Below are positions 12,552 to 25,612 of a DNA stretch of 64,000 bases, piece by piece. A program made the translations under genes and the position numbers. Source of the DNA: Eukaryota sp. TZLM1-RC (Eukaryota; Protista; Metamonada: BaSk clade); assembly GCA_040285825.1 (NCBI GenBank), contig JAUPSS010000002.1:3472001-3536000 (forward strand). The letters run 5' to 3'. The notes below the pieces were generated by a model, which saw nothing but the letters and a program-made list of their open reading frames with translations, did not search any database and was not told where the DNA came from. Within the stretch, counting starts at the first letter, position 1. Every line of letters begins with the position of its first letter.

Positions 12552-14820
12552 CTTCCTATTTTCAAAATTTAATGTGTTTGAATTATGTTCCTCCGCATGA
12601 ATTGACTGCTGCCCGTTTAGTTGCTTTAGTTAAACCTGGTAAAGGTGACAAGCCTGATGGAGTTAGACCAATTGCTATTGGAGAGTCATTAACCAGATTG
12701 CTTTCTTCACTTATTTTCAACAGAATTTCTACTAAAGCAAGGGACTATTTGAAGCCTTTCCAATTTGGTATAAAAACTGTTGAAGGTGCTTCTGTTGCTT
12801 CAATGACTTCAGATGTTTTTTTTCAATAGTCAACAACATCAATATATTTTCAATTTGGATTTCAAAAATGCTTTCAATTCTGTGAAACGTGATTGTATTT
12901 TTGATGTGCTTCTTCATGATTTTCCTGAACTTTCTGCATATTTTTATTTATTTTATGGAAAAAAATCAGACTTAATTTTTGACTCCTTTACCCTTGAATC
13001 TTCTTCTGGTGTGAAACAAGGTGATCCTCTTGGCCCTTTGCTGTTTTGTTTGGCTATTCATAATATTATTAAAATGACACAACAAGATTTCCCTGATTTG
13101 CGTATTGTTGCCTATATGGATGACATTTCTATTATTGGTTCTTTTGAAAGCATTTCCAGGGTTTCTGAAGACATTGCGGCGAAATACAAAGAAATTGGTT
13201 TAGCTTTGAACCCATCTAAATGTCTCTTGATTGGTAGAGAAAAACAATCTTTGATGATTGGTGGAGCTCAGATTCCTTTTATCAATTATGACCAACAAGC
13301 TTTTAAGTTTCTTGGATGTTGGCTTGGCAATTTGGATGAAATTTATTCCCAGTTAAACAATTTATTGGAGAAGTTTGACAAGGATCTTAGTTATATCGCT
13401 GAATGTGACATTGAGAAACACATCAAATTTTTTATTTTAAAAATTTGTTATTCTGGAAAATTCACTCATATTTTAAGGTCAACTCCCCCTTCGGTATCTC
13501 TCAATTTTTGCAGATCTTTTAACAAACTTCGAGTCAAATTTTTTTCTTCTTTATTAGAAGTAAATGAATCTTTAATTCGAAGTCATGTATTTTGTTCAGC
13601 AGATTTGGGTGGAATTGGATTCACCAAATCTTCGATTCTGTGTAAATCAGCATTTTTGGGAGGTGGTAAAAATTTTGTTTTTGAATTTTCCAAAGGTTCC
13701 CTTTTGATGTTCATCTGATCAATGGTGAATCAAATTTTTACTTGAATCAACTGCAATTTGAATTAGAAAATTTGCCTAGTGATATCTGGATTCAGTGTTT
13801 TCCTCAAAACGTTCAAGAAATTCCCACTCGATCACTTCCAAATTTACGTTTTTGCTTGAAAAAGCTTCAGCTCCATCTGGTTAAATTATATGAAGGCTTG
13901 GATTATGAAGTAAGACTTGGCTTGGCCAAAACTAAAAATCCCGCTTTCGGTAATTTTTTAAAGGATATTCGTGATAGTTCTGCTGCTGCTTTAGTAACTC
14001 AAGTTCCCTCTGTTTATGGACTTTTGCTAAAAGACAATGAATGGCTTTTAAACATGCGTTTTCGTTGTTTTCTGTGGCCAAACAATTTGCCCAATCATTT
14101 AACTTGTAAATGTGGTAAACCTCTTTTGTTTACTCATCTTTTGAACTGTAAACATTTCATTACGTATAGAAGCAAAGTGCATAATAACGTCAGGGACCAA
14201 ATTTATGTAATGTGCAAATCATATCGTGTAGATTCCTTTTTAGAACCGCTGTTATCAAAATTAATTCTTGATGATCCCAATATTGATAGTACGCGTTACA
14301 ACAGAGCTTCTATGGGTTTGACTAGAGGTGATTTAGTTGTTCCTGGTTTAAATGGTAGTTTTACTATTTTGGACGCCATGTCTATTGACCCTTGTATTTC
14401 CTCTAACGAACATTTCATTAACTCGGATGTAAATAATCCTCTTCTTGCAGGCGAAAAATATAAAATTGCTAAATATGCGAAACCCATTTCCTCGGTTAAT
14501 GAAAATTCTCATGCCCAATATAATTTATGTCCATTTGTTTTTTCTTTGCTTGGATCTCTAGGTAAGGCTGCTATGGCTTTCCTTGAGGATTTTGTTGTAG
14601 TTGTAAAGGATAGAACTGGAAGAATTTTCAATCGTGTTTACTGGCAAAACAGGATTGTATTTTCTATTTTTAAGGGAATGGTAACACTAATTTCTGATTC
14701 ACTATCTTCTTTTGGGAAATTTTCTGAATCTTTAGCGATTAATTGTTTTGATGTAGGGGAGGCAGGTTTTGAGGATGTGGAGTTTTAATTGTGTATTTCA
14801 TATTTGTTGTTGAATAAAAA
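12552..14820 (+). mobile_element. 5'-truncated family B copy
   Basis: ORFs 12813-13718 and 13742-14788 are near-identical to the preceding B copy. Confidence 0.92.
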
Positions 14821-15042
14821 TTGAGTTTACTAAAAAAAATTTGCGGCAGGGTTTAGAAAAATTTTCATTTAAATTTTTTTCGAATGATTTTCCAGCATGG
14901 AGTGACAGGTGGGGAGAATGAGAACGATTGGTGGTTGAGGAGGTTGGTTTGTCAAGATCACGTTCGGTACTTTGTGCAGTCCAGTCAGTATCACTGAGAG
15001 TGTCTGACATTAAGACTGGAGGAATTCAATCGAACCGACAAT
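14821..15042 (-). mobile_element. Isolated 5' end of a further family member (probably A or D)
   Basis: ATG 15010: MSDTLSDTDWT...HSPH, homologous to the N-termini of B and C. Confidence 0.75.
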
Positions 15043-15374
15043 AGGTAAATTATCAGGCCAGATAAAGGAACGAAATCTCATATTCAGAGTCCAAGCAGAA
15101 TCGGATAAGAGAGTACCATAAACTTGTGGAATTGTTGTTACTAAGGCAGAAGAAGTACTGTCGCACATATCTTGTAAAAGATTTGCAAAAGCGGGATTCT
15201 TTTTCTTGGCCAAGCCAAGTCTAACATCAAAATCCAAGCTTTCAAAAATCTTTGACAATTTTTGTTGAAGCTTTTTACAGCAAAACTGTAAATTAAATAG
15301 AGATCGGTTTGGAATTTCTTGAATTGATTGAGGAAAACATTTGGTCCAAATTTGTGGCGGTAATTTTTCAAGTT

Positions 15375-16060
15375 ATCACATTATCACATTTATTTAATTG
15401 TAATAGATATATTTCCTATCGTTCTACGTTGCATGATGCAGTCAGAGATCAAATCCATGCAATGTGTAATTCCTATCATATTGAATCTTTTGTAGAACCT
15501 TTGTTGAGGTCTCTTGATATAAATGAAAGCGTAAGAGATTCAGAATATGGAAAACGACGTGCTGATGTTGTTGTGCCCTCGTTTGATGATGTCATGAATG
15601 TTGTTGATGTCGTAACAGTGGATGTATGCAAGAAAAATAAACTTGAAAAATGCTCAATCCGAAGTATCCCCCCTTGATGACTCCGAATTGTACAAACGGA
15701 AAAAGTATGCAAATCCTTTAAAAGAATTGAAACATGTTCGCCATGTAGATTACCAAATTTGCCCATTTGCTATATCATTGTATGGTCGTCTTGGAAAAAC
15801 TGCTTTGAATTTTATTGATGATTTTGAAAATCTTGTGAAAAAAAAATGAATAAGCGTTTTGATCGTCGCTTGTGGCTAAATCGTATTGTTTTTACTATTT
15901 TCAAATCAATTCCTAAAATGATTTCGAAAGCTTTAATGTCTGTCAGTGCACATTATGAAAACATTGCTGCTGTAAGGTTTGATGGTGTGGAAGCTTGTTT
16001 TGAAGATATTGACTTTTAGACTGTGGTTTTGAAAATAAATTAAAATTAAATTAAAAAAAA
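15375..16060 (+). mobile_element. 5'-truncated family C copy inserted in A
   Basis: TSD ~ATTTT(T)CAAGTT at 15363-15374 and 16061-16071; tail present. Confidence 0.88.
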
Positions 16061-16836
16061 ATTTTCAAGTTCACGAGATAACTCATACAAATAGGGACTA
16101 CAATTGGGGACAATTAATGTTTTGTTAGCGTTGAAAATAAAATGCTATTTCTGAAAAAAAATTTTATAGGTTTTATGGTAATTCATCTGATTTAATTTTT
16201 TATTCCTTTAATCTTGATTCTTTATCAGGAGATAAGCAAGGAGACCCTTTAGGTCCTTTTTTTTGTCTTGCAATACACCCAAATTTGAAAAAAATAAAAG
16301 AAGACAATTCTGACCTTCAAGTGGTAGCCTACATGGATGACATTTCTTGTATTGGTCCAGAAAGTACAATTAATAGGGTTGCTAATGAAGCTGCTACATT
16401 ATACCAATCCATAGGTCTTGAGTTGAATGTTCAAAAATGTTTTTGTATTTCTAGGAAAGATGTTAAGTTAATAATTATTTCCCTTGAAGTTCCATATATT
16501 GATTATACTTCAACTAGTTTCTGCTTTCTTGGTTGCTATTTAGGTTCCGTTGAAAAGACACTTGATAGCCTTGAAAACTATTTAAATTCAATTAAAAAAG
16601 AGCTAGAAGTCGCAAAGACTCTTGAATTGGAAATACATCTTAAGTTTTTTCTTTTGAAAATTTGTTATGCTGGAAAAATTACTCATTTACTGCGATCATT
16701 GCCTCCATCCCTAACTTACATTTTTGTAGACAATTTAACAAAATACGTATTCAATTTTTGGCATATTTAATGTCTGTTGATCCATCAATTTTGAAAAATC
16801 ATATTTTTTCTGATGTTCAACTTGGCGGTGTTGGAT

Positions 16837-17752
16837 AAGTTAATTTATTGAATTTGCACACTTGATTAAATTAAATCATAACTAATGGGACGACTATCAT
16901 TAAACCAAGATTTCCTCTACAAAATCTTGATTTGCTTGCTGTCTAGCTAAAGCTTCTCTAATTCGATTGAAAAACCGCGGTAATCTATTAATAATGGCAA
17001 ATTGAATCCGTGAACGCCATAAAAAAATATCAAATCTTTTCATTGTTTTTTCTTTCACCATTTTTTGGAAGTCATCCAAAAAAGTTTCTGCTTCAACTGA
17101 TAATCTTCCATTTATCGAAAATGGAAAAGCAATAAAAACCAGCTGTGTATTTCTATCGATATTTGCATCTTCAATTTCTTTATCATATTTTCTATGTTTT
17201 TCTTTTGCTTTAAAATCCAGAGCAGCCACAGGATTAAGTTTTCTTCTGTGAACCAAAGTATCGTTTGCAACATTACATGAGACAAAGTCAACAATAGCTT
17301 CAGAATTATCAATCCAATCACAGTATACATCACCTCTATCATCAGAACCAAAATTATTCAGAGAAAGTGTTTCTTTCAGCAGGGGCTCTTTGATACACGA
17401 TATCCTTGCAGTTTGTGCCATATTGAAAACAGTGTCTCTAACAGCATCATGTAATGAAGAACGATAAGTTATCAATTTAGAGCAATTTAGAGCATGGCGC
17501 AAAGTGAGTTGAGGTGAATTCGAACAAATACATTTTTCTTTTGATAATAATTGGTTAATGGGGATGTTCAAATATAATCTCATTTTTGTTACAAATGCTT
17601 CATTAGTAGCACACAATCCAAATCTTCGTGGTACAATGGTTACAAAAAGTGAAGAATCTGACACCTTGTTTTCACAAACACCCTTTTCCAATAACAATGA
17701 GTGAAGATCTTGATTTAAAACAGCCGAGCTGCAAATATTATTAATAGTGAAT
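16837..17752 (-). mobile_element. 5'-truncated family E copy inserted in C
   Basis: ORF 16900-17697 (CIC..H..C, RGD, KHRKY); TSD CGGTGTTGGAT at 16826-16836 and 17753-17763. Confidence 0.92.
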
Positions 17753-17830
17753 CGGTGTTGGATTCAATTCATCAAAATATTTGACCAAAGCTGCATTTAT
17801 TGGTGGGGGAAAAAATTTTGTATTTGAATT

Positions 17831-19792
17831 TTTTTTTTAAAATATTTATTTTTATTCAACAACAAATATGAAATACACAATTAAAACTCCACATCCTCAA
17901 AACCTGCCTCCCCTACATCAAAACAATTAATCGCTAAAGATTCAGAAAATTTCCCAAAAGAAGATAGTGAATCAGAAATTAGTGTTACCATTCCCTTAAA
18001 AATAGAAAAATACAATCCTGTTTTGCCAGTAAACACGATTGAAAATTCTTCCAGTTCTTTCCTTTACAACTACAACAAAATCCTCAAGGAAAGCCATAGC
18101 AGCCTTACCTAGAGATCCAAGCAAAGAAAAAACAAATGGACATAAATTATATTGGGCATGAGAATTTTCATTAACCGAGGAAATGGGTTTCGCATATTTA
18201 GCAATTTTATATTTTTCGCCTGCAAGAAGAGGATTATTTACATCCGAGTTAATGAAATGTTCGTTAGAGGAATTACAAGGGTCAATAGACATGGCGTCCA
18301 AAATAGTAAAACTACCATTTAAACCAGGAACAACTAGATCACCTCTAGTCAAACCCATAGAAGCTCTGTTGTAACGCGTACTATCAATATTGGGATCATC
18401 AAGAATTAATTTTGATAACAGCGGTTCTAAAAAGGAATCTACACGATATGATTTGCACATTACATAAATTTGGTCCCTGACGTTATTATGCACTTTGCTT
18501 CTATACGTAATGAAATGTTTACAGTTCAAAAGATGAGTAAACAAAAGAGGTTTACCACATTTACAAGTTAAATGATTGGGCAAATTGTTTGGCCACAGAA
18601 AACAACGAAAACGCATGTTTAAAAGCCATTCATTGTCTTTTAGCAAAAGTCCATAAACAGAGGGAACTTGAGTTACTAAAGCAGCAGCAGAACTATCACG
18701 AATATCCTTTAAACAATTACCGAAAGCGGGATTTTTAGTTTTGGCCAAGCCAAGTCTTACTTCATAATCCAAGCCTTCATATAATTTAACCAGATGGTGC
18801 TGAAGCTTTTTCAAGCAAAAACGTAAATTTGGAAGTGATCGAGTGGGAATTTCTTGAACGTTTTGAGGAAAACACTGAATCCAGATATCACTAGGCAAAT
18901 TTTCTAATTCAAATTGCAGTTGATTCAAGTAAAAATTTGATTCACCATTGAACAGATGAACATCAAAAGGGAACCTTTGGAAAAATTCAAAAACAAAATT
19001 TTTACCACCTCCCAAAAATGCTGCTTTACACAGAATCGAAGATTTGGTGAATCCAATTCCACCCAAATCTGCTGAACAAAATACATGACTTCGAATTAAA
19101 GATTCATTTACTTCTAATAAAGAAGAAAAAAATTTGACTCGAAGTTTGTTAAAAGATCTGCAAAAATTGAGAGATACCGAAGGGGAGTTGACCTTAAAAT
19201 ATGAGTGAATTTTCCAGAATAACAAATTTTTAAAATAAAAAATTTGATGTGTTTCTCAATGTCACATTCAGCGATAAAACTAAGATCCTTGTCAAACTTC
19301 TCCAATAAATTGTTTAACTGGGAATAAATTTCATCCAAATTGCCAAGCCAACATCCAAGAAACTTAAAAGCTTGTTGGTCATAATTGATAAAAGGAATCT
19401 GAGCTCCACCAATCATCAAAGATTGTTTTTCTCTACCAATCAAGAGACATTTAGATGGTTTCAAAGCTAAACCAATTTCTTTGTATTTCGCCGCAATGTC
19501 TTCAGAAACCCTAGAAATGCTTTCAAAAGAACCAATAATAGAAATGTCATCCAAATAGGCAACAATACGCAAATCAGGGAAATCTTGTTGTGTCATTTTA
19601 ATAATATTATGAATAGCCAAACAAAACAGCAAAGGGCCAAGAGGATCACCTTGTTTCACACCAGAAGAAGATTCAAGGGTAAAGGAGTCAAAAATTAAGT
19701 CTGATTTTTTTCCATAAAATAAATAAAAATATGCAGAAAGTTCAGGAAAATCATGAAGAAGCACATCAAAAATACAATCACGTTTCACAGAA
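17831..19792 (-). mobile_element. 5'-truncated family B copy inserted in C
   Basis: TSD TTGTATTTGAATT at 17818-17830 and 19793-19805. Confidence 0.92.
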
Positions 19793-21143
19793 TTGTATTT
19801 GAATTCTCTAGAAGATATCCTTTTGCCGAAAATCTTCTTGAAACTACAAATAGCCTATTCCTCGATAACTTAAGAGAAGAAATTTCCAGATTATCTCCCA
19901 ACTTATAGCAATCATGTTTCCCCATATTCATTCAAGAAATTCCAGACAGAAGTTTGTATTCATTAAAATTTGCGTTGAAAAAGCTCCAACGACATCTTTT
20001 GAAAAAATTTGAAAGCCAGAATTTTATTGTTCGACTTAGCACGGCTAAGAAAGAAAATCCTGCTTTTGCAAATTTTTTGATTGATTTGAAGAACAGTTCA
20101 TCTGCAGTTTTGATAAATCAAATTCCCCATATTTATGGCCTATTTTTGAATGACGACCAATGGACCACTGCTATGAGAATGCGTTGTTATTTATGGCCTT
20201 GTTATTTGCCCAATGATTTGTTTTGTAAATGTGGAGCTAGTTTGACATTATCACATTTATTTAATTGCAATAGATTTATTTCCTATCGTTCTACGTTGCA
20301 TGGTGCAGTTAGAGATCAAATCCATGCAATGTGTAATTCCTATCATATTGAATCTTTTGTAGAACCTTTGCTGAGGTCTCTTGATATAAATGAAAGCGTA
20401 AGAGATTCAGAATATGGAAAACGACGTGCTGATGTTGTTGTGCCCTCGTTTGATGATGTCTTGAATGTTGTTGGTGTCGTAACAGTGGAAAATAATTTTA
20501 TTTTTAATCTCGACTTTAAAAATGCTTTTAATTCTGTAAAGCGAGAAGCAATTTTTGAAGTTATTAAATCTGATTTTCCTGAGCTATCGAGTTTTTTCTA
20601 CCATTTTTATGGGAAAGAATCAGATTTAATTTTTAATTCATTTGGTCTTAAATCATCTTCTGGAGTGAAGCAGGGAGATCCTTTAGGCCCATTATTGTTT
20701 TGTTTAGCTATTCACAAAACTTTAAATATCATTAAGCAAAAATACCCTTCTATAAAAATAGTTGCTTATATGGATGATATATCCTTGATTGGTTCATTTG
20801 ATTTACTAGAATTGGTTGCTCAAGAAATTGCCGATTCATATGAAAATATTGGGCTTCATCTTAATGCCAGCAAATGCCTTCTGATTGGCTCTTCTGCTCA
20901 AGACCTCGTGATAAACGATTCTATTGTCCCTTTTACTAATTATAGTAGTGATGCTTTTAAGTTCCTTGGTTGTTGGTTAGGAAATGTGCCTCAAATTCAG
21001 AATGAATTGCAAGTTATTTTGGAAAAAATGAAAATTGAACTTGATTCAATTTCTTCTTTATCAAACCTGATGGAATACGCCCAATTGCTGTTGGTGAATC
21101 TCTTTCTCGTTTGCTGGCATCAATTGTCTTCGATCGTGTCAAA

Positions 21144-21776
21144 AATATTTTCAATATGTTTTCAAAAATATTTTCAATATGTTTTCAATATGGCACAAAC
21201 TGCAAGGATATCGTGTATCAAAGAGCCCCTGCTGAAAGAAACACTTTCTCTGAATAATTTTGGTTCTGATGATAGAGGTGATGTATACTGTGATTGGATT
21301 GATAATTCTGAAGCTATTGTTGACTTTGTCTCATGTAATGTTGCAAACGATACTTTGGTTCACAGAAGAAAACTTAATCCTGTGGCTGCTCTGGATTTTA
21401 AAGCAAAAGAAAAACATAGAAAATATGATAAAGAAATTGAAGATGCAAATATCGATAGAAATACACAGCTGGTTTTTATTGCTTTTCCATTTTCGATAAA
21501 TGGAAGATTATCAGTTGAAGCAGAAACTTTTTTGGATGACTTCCAAAAAATGGTGAAAGAAAAAACAATGAAAAGATTTGATATTTTTTTATGGCGTTCA
21601 CGGATTCAATTTGCCATTATTAATAGATTACCGCGGTTTTTCAATCGAATTAGAGAAGCTTTAGCTAGACAGCAAGCAAATCAAGATTTTGTAGAGGAAA
21701 TCTTGGTTTAATGATAGTCGTCCCATTAGTTATGATTTAATTTAATCAAGTGTGCAAATTCAATAAATTAATGACT
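21144..21776 (+). mobile_element. 5'-truncated family E copy inserted in A
   Basis: TSD ATCGTGTCAAA at 21133-21143 and 21777-21787. Confidence 0.9.
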
Positions 21777-23479
21777 ATCGTGTCAAAGACAAAGCTTCTA
21801 CTTTTTTAAATCCTCATCAATTTGGAATCAAAACAATTGATGGTGCTTCTGTTGCTGCTATTGCCTCTGATACCTTTTTTAATGCAGAGGAAAATAATTT
21901 TATTTTTAATCTCGACTTTAAAAATGCTTTTAATTCTGTAAAGCGAGAAGCAATTTTTGAAGTTATTAAATCTGATTTTCCTGAGCTATCGAGTTTTTTC
22001 TACCATTTTTATGGTAAAGAATCAGATTTAATTTTTAATTCATTTGCTCTTAAATCATCTTCTGGTGTGAAGCAAGGTGACCCTTTAGGTCCATTATTGT
22101 TTTGTTTAGCTATTCACAAAACTTTAAATATCATTAAGCAAAAATACCCTTCTATAAAAATAGTTGCTTATATGGATGATATATCCTTGATTGGTTCATT
22201 TGATTTACTAAAATTGGTTGCTCAAGAAATTGCCGATTCATATGAAAATATTGGGCTTCATCTTAATGCCAGTAAATGCCTTCTGATTGGCTCTTCTGCT
22301 CAAGACCTCGTGATAAACGATTCTATTGTCCCTTTTACTAATTATAGTAGTGATGCTTTTAAGTTCCTTGGTTGTTGGTTAGGAAATGTGCCTCAAATTC
22401 AGAATGAATTGCAAGTTATTTTGGAAAAAATGAAAATTGAACTTGATTCAATTTCTTCTTTAGATATAGAAAAGCATATTAAATTTTTCATGCTTAAAAT
22501 TTGCTACACTGGGAGAATAACCCACATTTTGAGATCTTGTGCTCCTTCCATAGCATTAGATTTTTGTCGTTCTTTTAATTCATTGAGAACAGAATTTTTT
22601 GCTGATTTATTGGATGTAGAACCAGGAATGTTAAAAAGCCATTTATTTTCTTCAGCAAATTTGGGTGGTATTGGTTTTACTAAATCTTCAATTTTGTGTC
22701 AATCAGCATTCTTGGGTGGTGGCAAAAATTTTATTTATGAATTTTCTCGTAGATTTCCTGATGATTATCATCTGTTAGTCCCCAATTGTAGTCCCTATTT
22801 GTATGAGTTATCTTGTGAACTTGAAAAATTAGCGCCACAAATTTGGACCAAATGTTTTCCTCAATCAATTCAAGAAATTCCAAACCGATCTCTATTTAAT
22901 TTACAGTTTTGCTGTAAAAAGCTTCAACAAAAATTGTCAAAGATTTTTGAAAGCTTGGATTTTGATGTTAGACTTGGCTTGGCCAAGAAAAAGAATCCCG
23001 CTTTTGCAAATCTTTTACAAGATATGCGTGACAGTACTTCCTCTGCCTTAGTAACAACAATTCCACAAGTTTATGGTACTCTCTTATCCGATTCTGCTTG
23101 GACTCTGAATATGAGATTTCGTTCCTTTATCTGGCCTGATAATTTACCTCATAATTTAATTTGTAAATGTTCTCGAGAAATTACAACTACTCATTTGTTA
23201 AATTGTAAACATTTTATTACTTTTAGAAGCAAGGTTCATGATGCTGTAAGAGACCAGTTATATTGTATGTGTAAATATCATAGAATTGAATCCTTCTTGG
23301 AACCTCTGTTGTCAAATCTGTTTGATGCTGAAAATGATTTTCATAAGAATAATAGAGGTGATGTCATATTACCTGGATTAGATGGAAGCTTCATTTTATT
23401 GGATGTAATGTCTGTTGATCCTTGTAATGCCTCAAATGAAAGGCTTGTTAATTCTGAAATTCATAATCCCCTTTCAAAT

Positions 23480-23554
23480 TTTTTTTATTAATTTATTTTT
23501 ATTCAACAACAAATATGAAATACACAATTAAAACTCCACATCCTCAAAACCTGC
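23480..23554 (-). mobile_element. Family B 3' stub inserted in A
   Basis: B UTR and tail; CCCTTTCAAAT duplicated on both sides. Confidence 0.85.
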
Positions 23555-23923
23555 CCTTTCAAATCCCCTTTCAAATGCTGAAAATTTTAAATTCAAAAAA
23601 TACAATGAACCTTTGTCCAAATTGGCCAGTCTACAGCATGCAAAATACAATTTGTATCCATTTGTATTTTCCCTTTTTGGTTCACTTGCGCCAACTGCTT
23701 TACGTTTTTTGGATGATTTTGAAATGATTGTAAAGAGAAGAACTGGCAGAAATTTCAACAGATTGTTTTGGCAAAATAGAATTGTGTTTTCTATTTTTAA
23801 GCGGATGTTGAAGATGGTTTCTGATGCTTTGCTTTCTCTTGGATCTCACTATGAGAGAGTTGCATCTAGTGTTTTTGTTTTGGGAGAGATGGATTTTTTA
23901 GATGTTGATTTATAGGTTTAGAA

Positions 23924-24021
23924 AGCAAATCAAGATTTTGTAGAGGAAATCTTGGTTTAATGATAGTCGTCCCATTAGTTATGATTTAATTTAATCAAGT
24001 GTGCAAATTCAATAAATTAAG
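23924..24021 (+). mobile_element. Family E 3' stub inserted in the 3' UTR of A
   Basis: TSD AGGTTTAGAA at 23914-23923 and 24022-24031. Confidence 0.88.
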
Positions 24022-24747
24022 AGGTTTAGAATAAAATTAAATTTTAAAAAAAAATCTAAATAAAAATTTTTTAAACCAATTTCAAATTCCTTTTCCTTTT
24101 CATATTTGGAGATATTTAAGTCCCGGAGTTAAAGCACCGAACAATGAAAATACAATAGATAAACTGAAAATACTTCATCCTTATGAAGACCCTATAATGG
24201 ATCAAAATTTTTACGGCACATACTGGGAAAATTATCCATTGATTCTTTTCGGTTATCAAAAGGAGACCTCGTGGTAAGTCTGCCGGACTTTCTGGTATTA
24301 CTATTGATCATGTAAAAGCCGCGATTATTTCTTCAGAAGATTGCCTTGGTTTATTGACCAAATTTTTCAACCAAATATTATCTGGTCAACGCAAATACCC
24401 AGAAGAATTAAGAAGTTCTCGTTTGACTGCACTTGTCAAAAATTCAAAAATGGATGTTCGTCCTATTGCAGTCTCTGAAAGCTTACACAATATTTTTTCT
24501 GCGTGTTGCTTAAGCAGGTTCAATGAAAAAGCTAAAAAGATTTTATTACCCTTTCAATATGGTAAAAATACTACAGATGGAGTCTCTTCAGCGATTTTTG
24601 CTACTGATGTCTTATTTCGTCAAAATGAATCCAATGATTGCATGTCATTGGATTTTAGTAATGCTTTCAATTCACTAAGTCGTCGCAGTATCCATGGTGC
24701 TCTATTGCAATATATGCCGGAATTAATACCATATTTTCAATCAACAT

Positions 24748-24829
24748 TTTTTTTTAACTACTCAAATTTTTATTCAACAACAAATATGAAATACACAATT
24801 AAAACTCCACATCCTCAAAACCTGCCTCC
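24748..24829 (-). mobile_element. Family B 3' stub inserted in E
   Basis: TSD CAATCAACAT at 24738-24747 and 24830-24839. Confidence 0.88.
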
Positions 24830-25571
24830 CAATCAACATATTGCACATATTCTAATTTACATTTTGGTAACAACATTTTGAGTTCATCAAGTGGCGTAAA
24901 GCAAGGAGATCCGTTAGGACCTCTTTTGTTTTGTTTGGCCATTCATCCTATTCTACTGCAAATTCAAGAGATGTTTCCTTCACTAAAAATGATTGCATAT
25001 ATGGATGATGTTGTGCTTATTGGTGATTTAAATATTGTGAAAAAAGCAACTGTGTGTTTTAAAGAATTATTTACCAAAATTGGTCTCTTCTCCGACTTAA
25101 TTTACTTAAATGTGTTTTGTTATCGAATTCTCCAGTTTCCACAATAATTGATGATATTGAAATTCAAGCCAAATTATATTCAATTGATGCTATTCGTCAT
25201 TTGGGTTCATTTTTAGGAAATAATGATGAAATTACCAAAAAATTGTTTGAACAGTTGAACTCATTTCTGACAAAATTGACCGAATGATGAATTTAGATAT
25301 AAAAAAACACATCAAATTTACCATTATAAGACTGTGTTTTAGTTCCAATTTTAATCATATATTTCGATCTACAAATCCTCTCATCACTAGACCTTTGGCT
25401 CAAAAGTTTAATGAGTTACGTGCAAAAGTTCTGTCTCAATTACTGGGATGTAAAATGTTTCAAATTCCAGATCATGCTTACCTTAGTCCACATTATGGTG
25501 GTTTAGGGTGGACGAAGGCTTCTATTCTTACCTCGTGTGCTTTTGTTGGTGGATGCAGAAATGCAATCTTT

Positions 25572-25578
<7 letters not shown>

Positions 25579-25612
<34 letters not shown>

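Larger units (their letters stand above)
16160..20488 (+). mobile_element. Diverged family C copy split by E and B insertions
   Basis: Pieces ~16160-16836, 17753-17830 and 19793-20488 are collinear with C. Confidence 0.85.
20489..24053 (+). mobile_element. Family A RT fragment followed by a long A copy carrying E, B and E insertions
   Basis: 20489-21060 is an RT piece. Segments 21061-21143, 21777-23479, 23562-23923 and 24022-24053 are collinear with A. Confidence 0.88.

Noticed and set aside
19954-21711. Long chimeric ORFs (also 5527-6459 and 31088-32920) as novel fusion genes
   Set aside because: They are chance in-frame read-through across insertion junctions.
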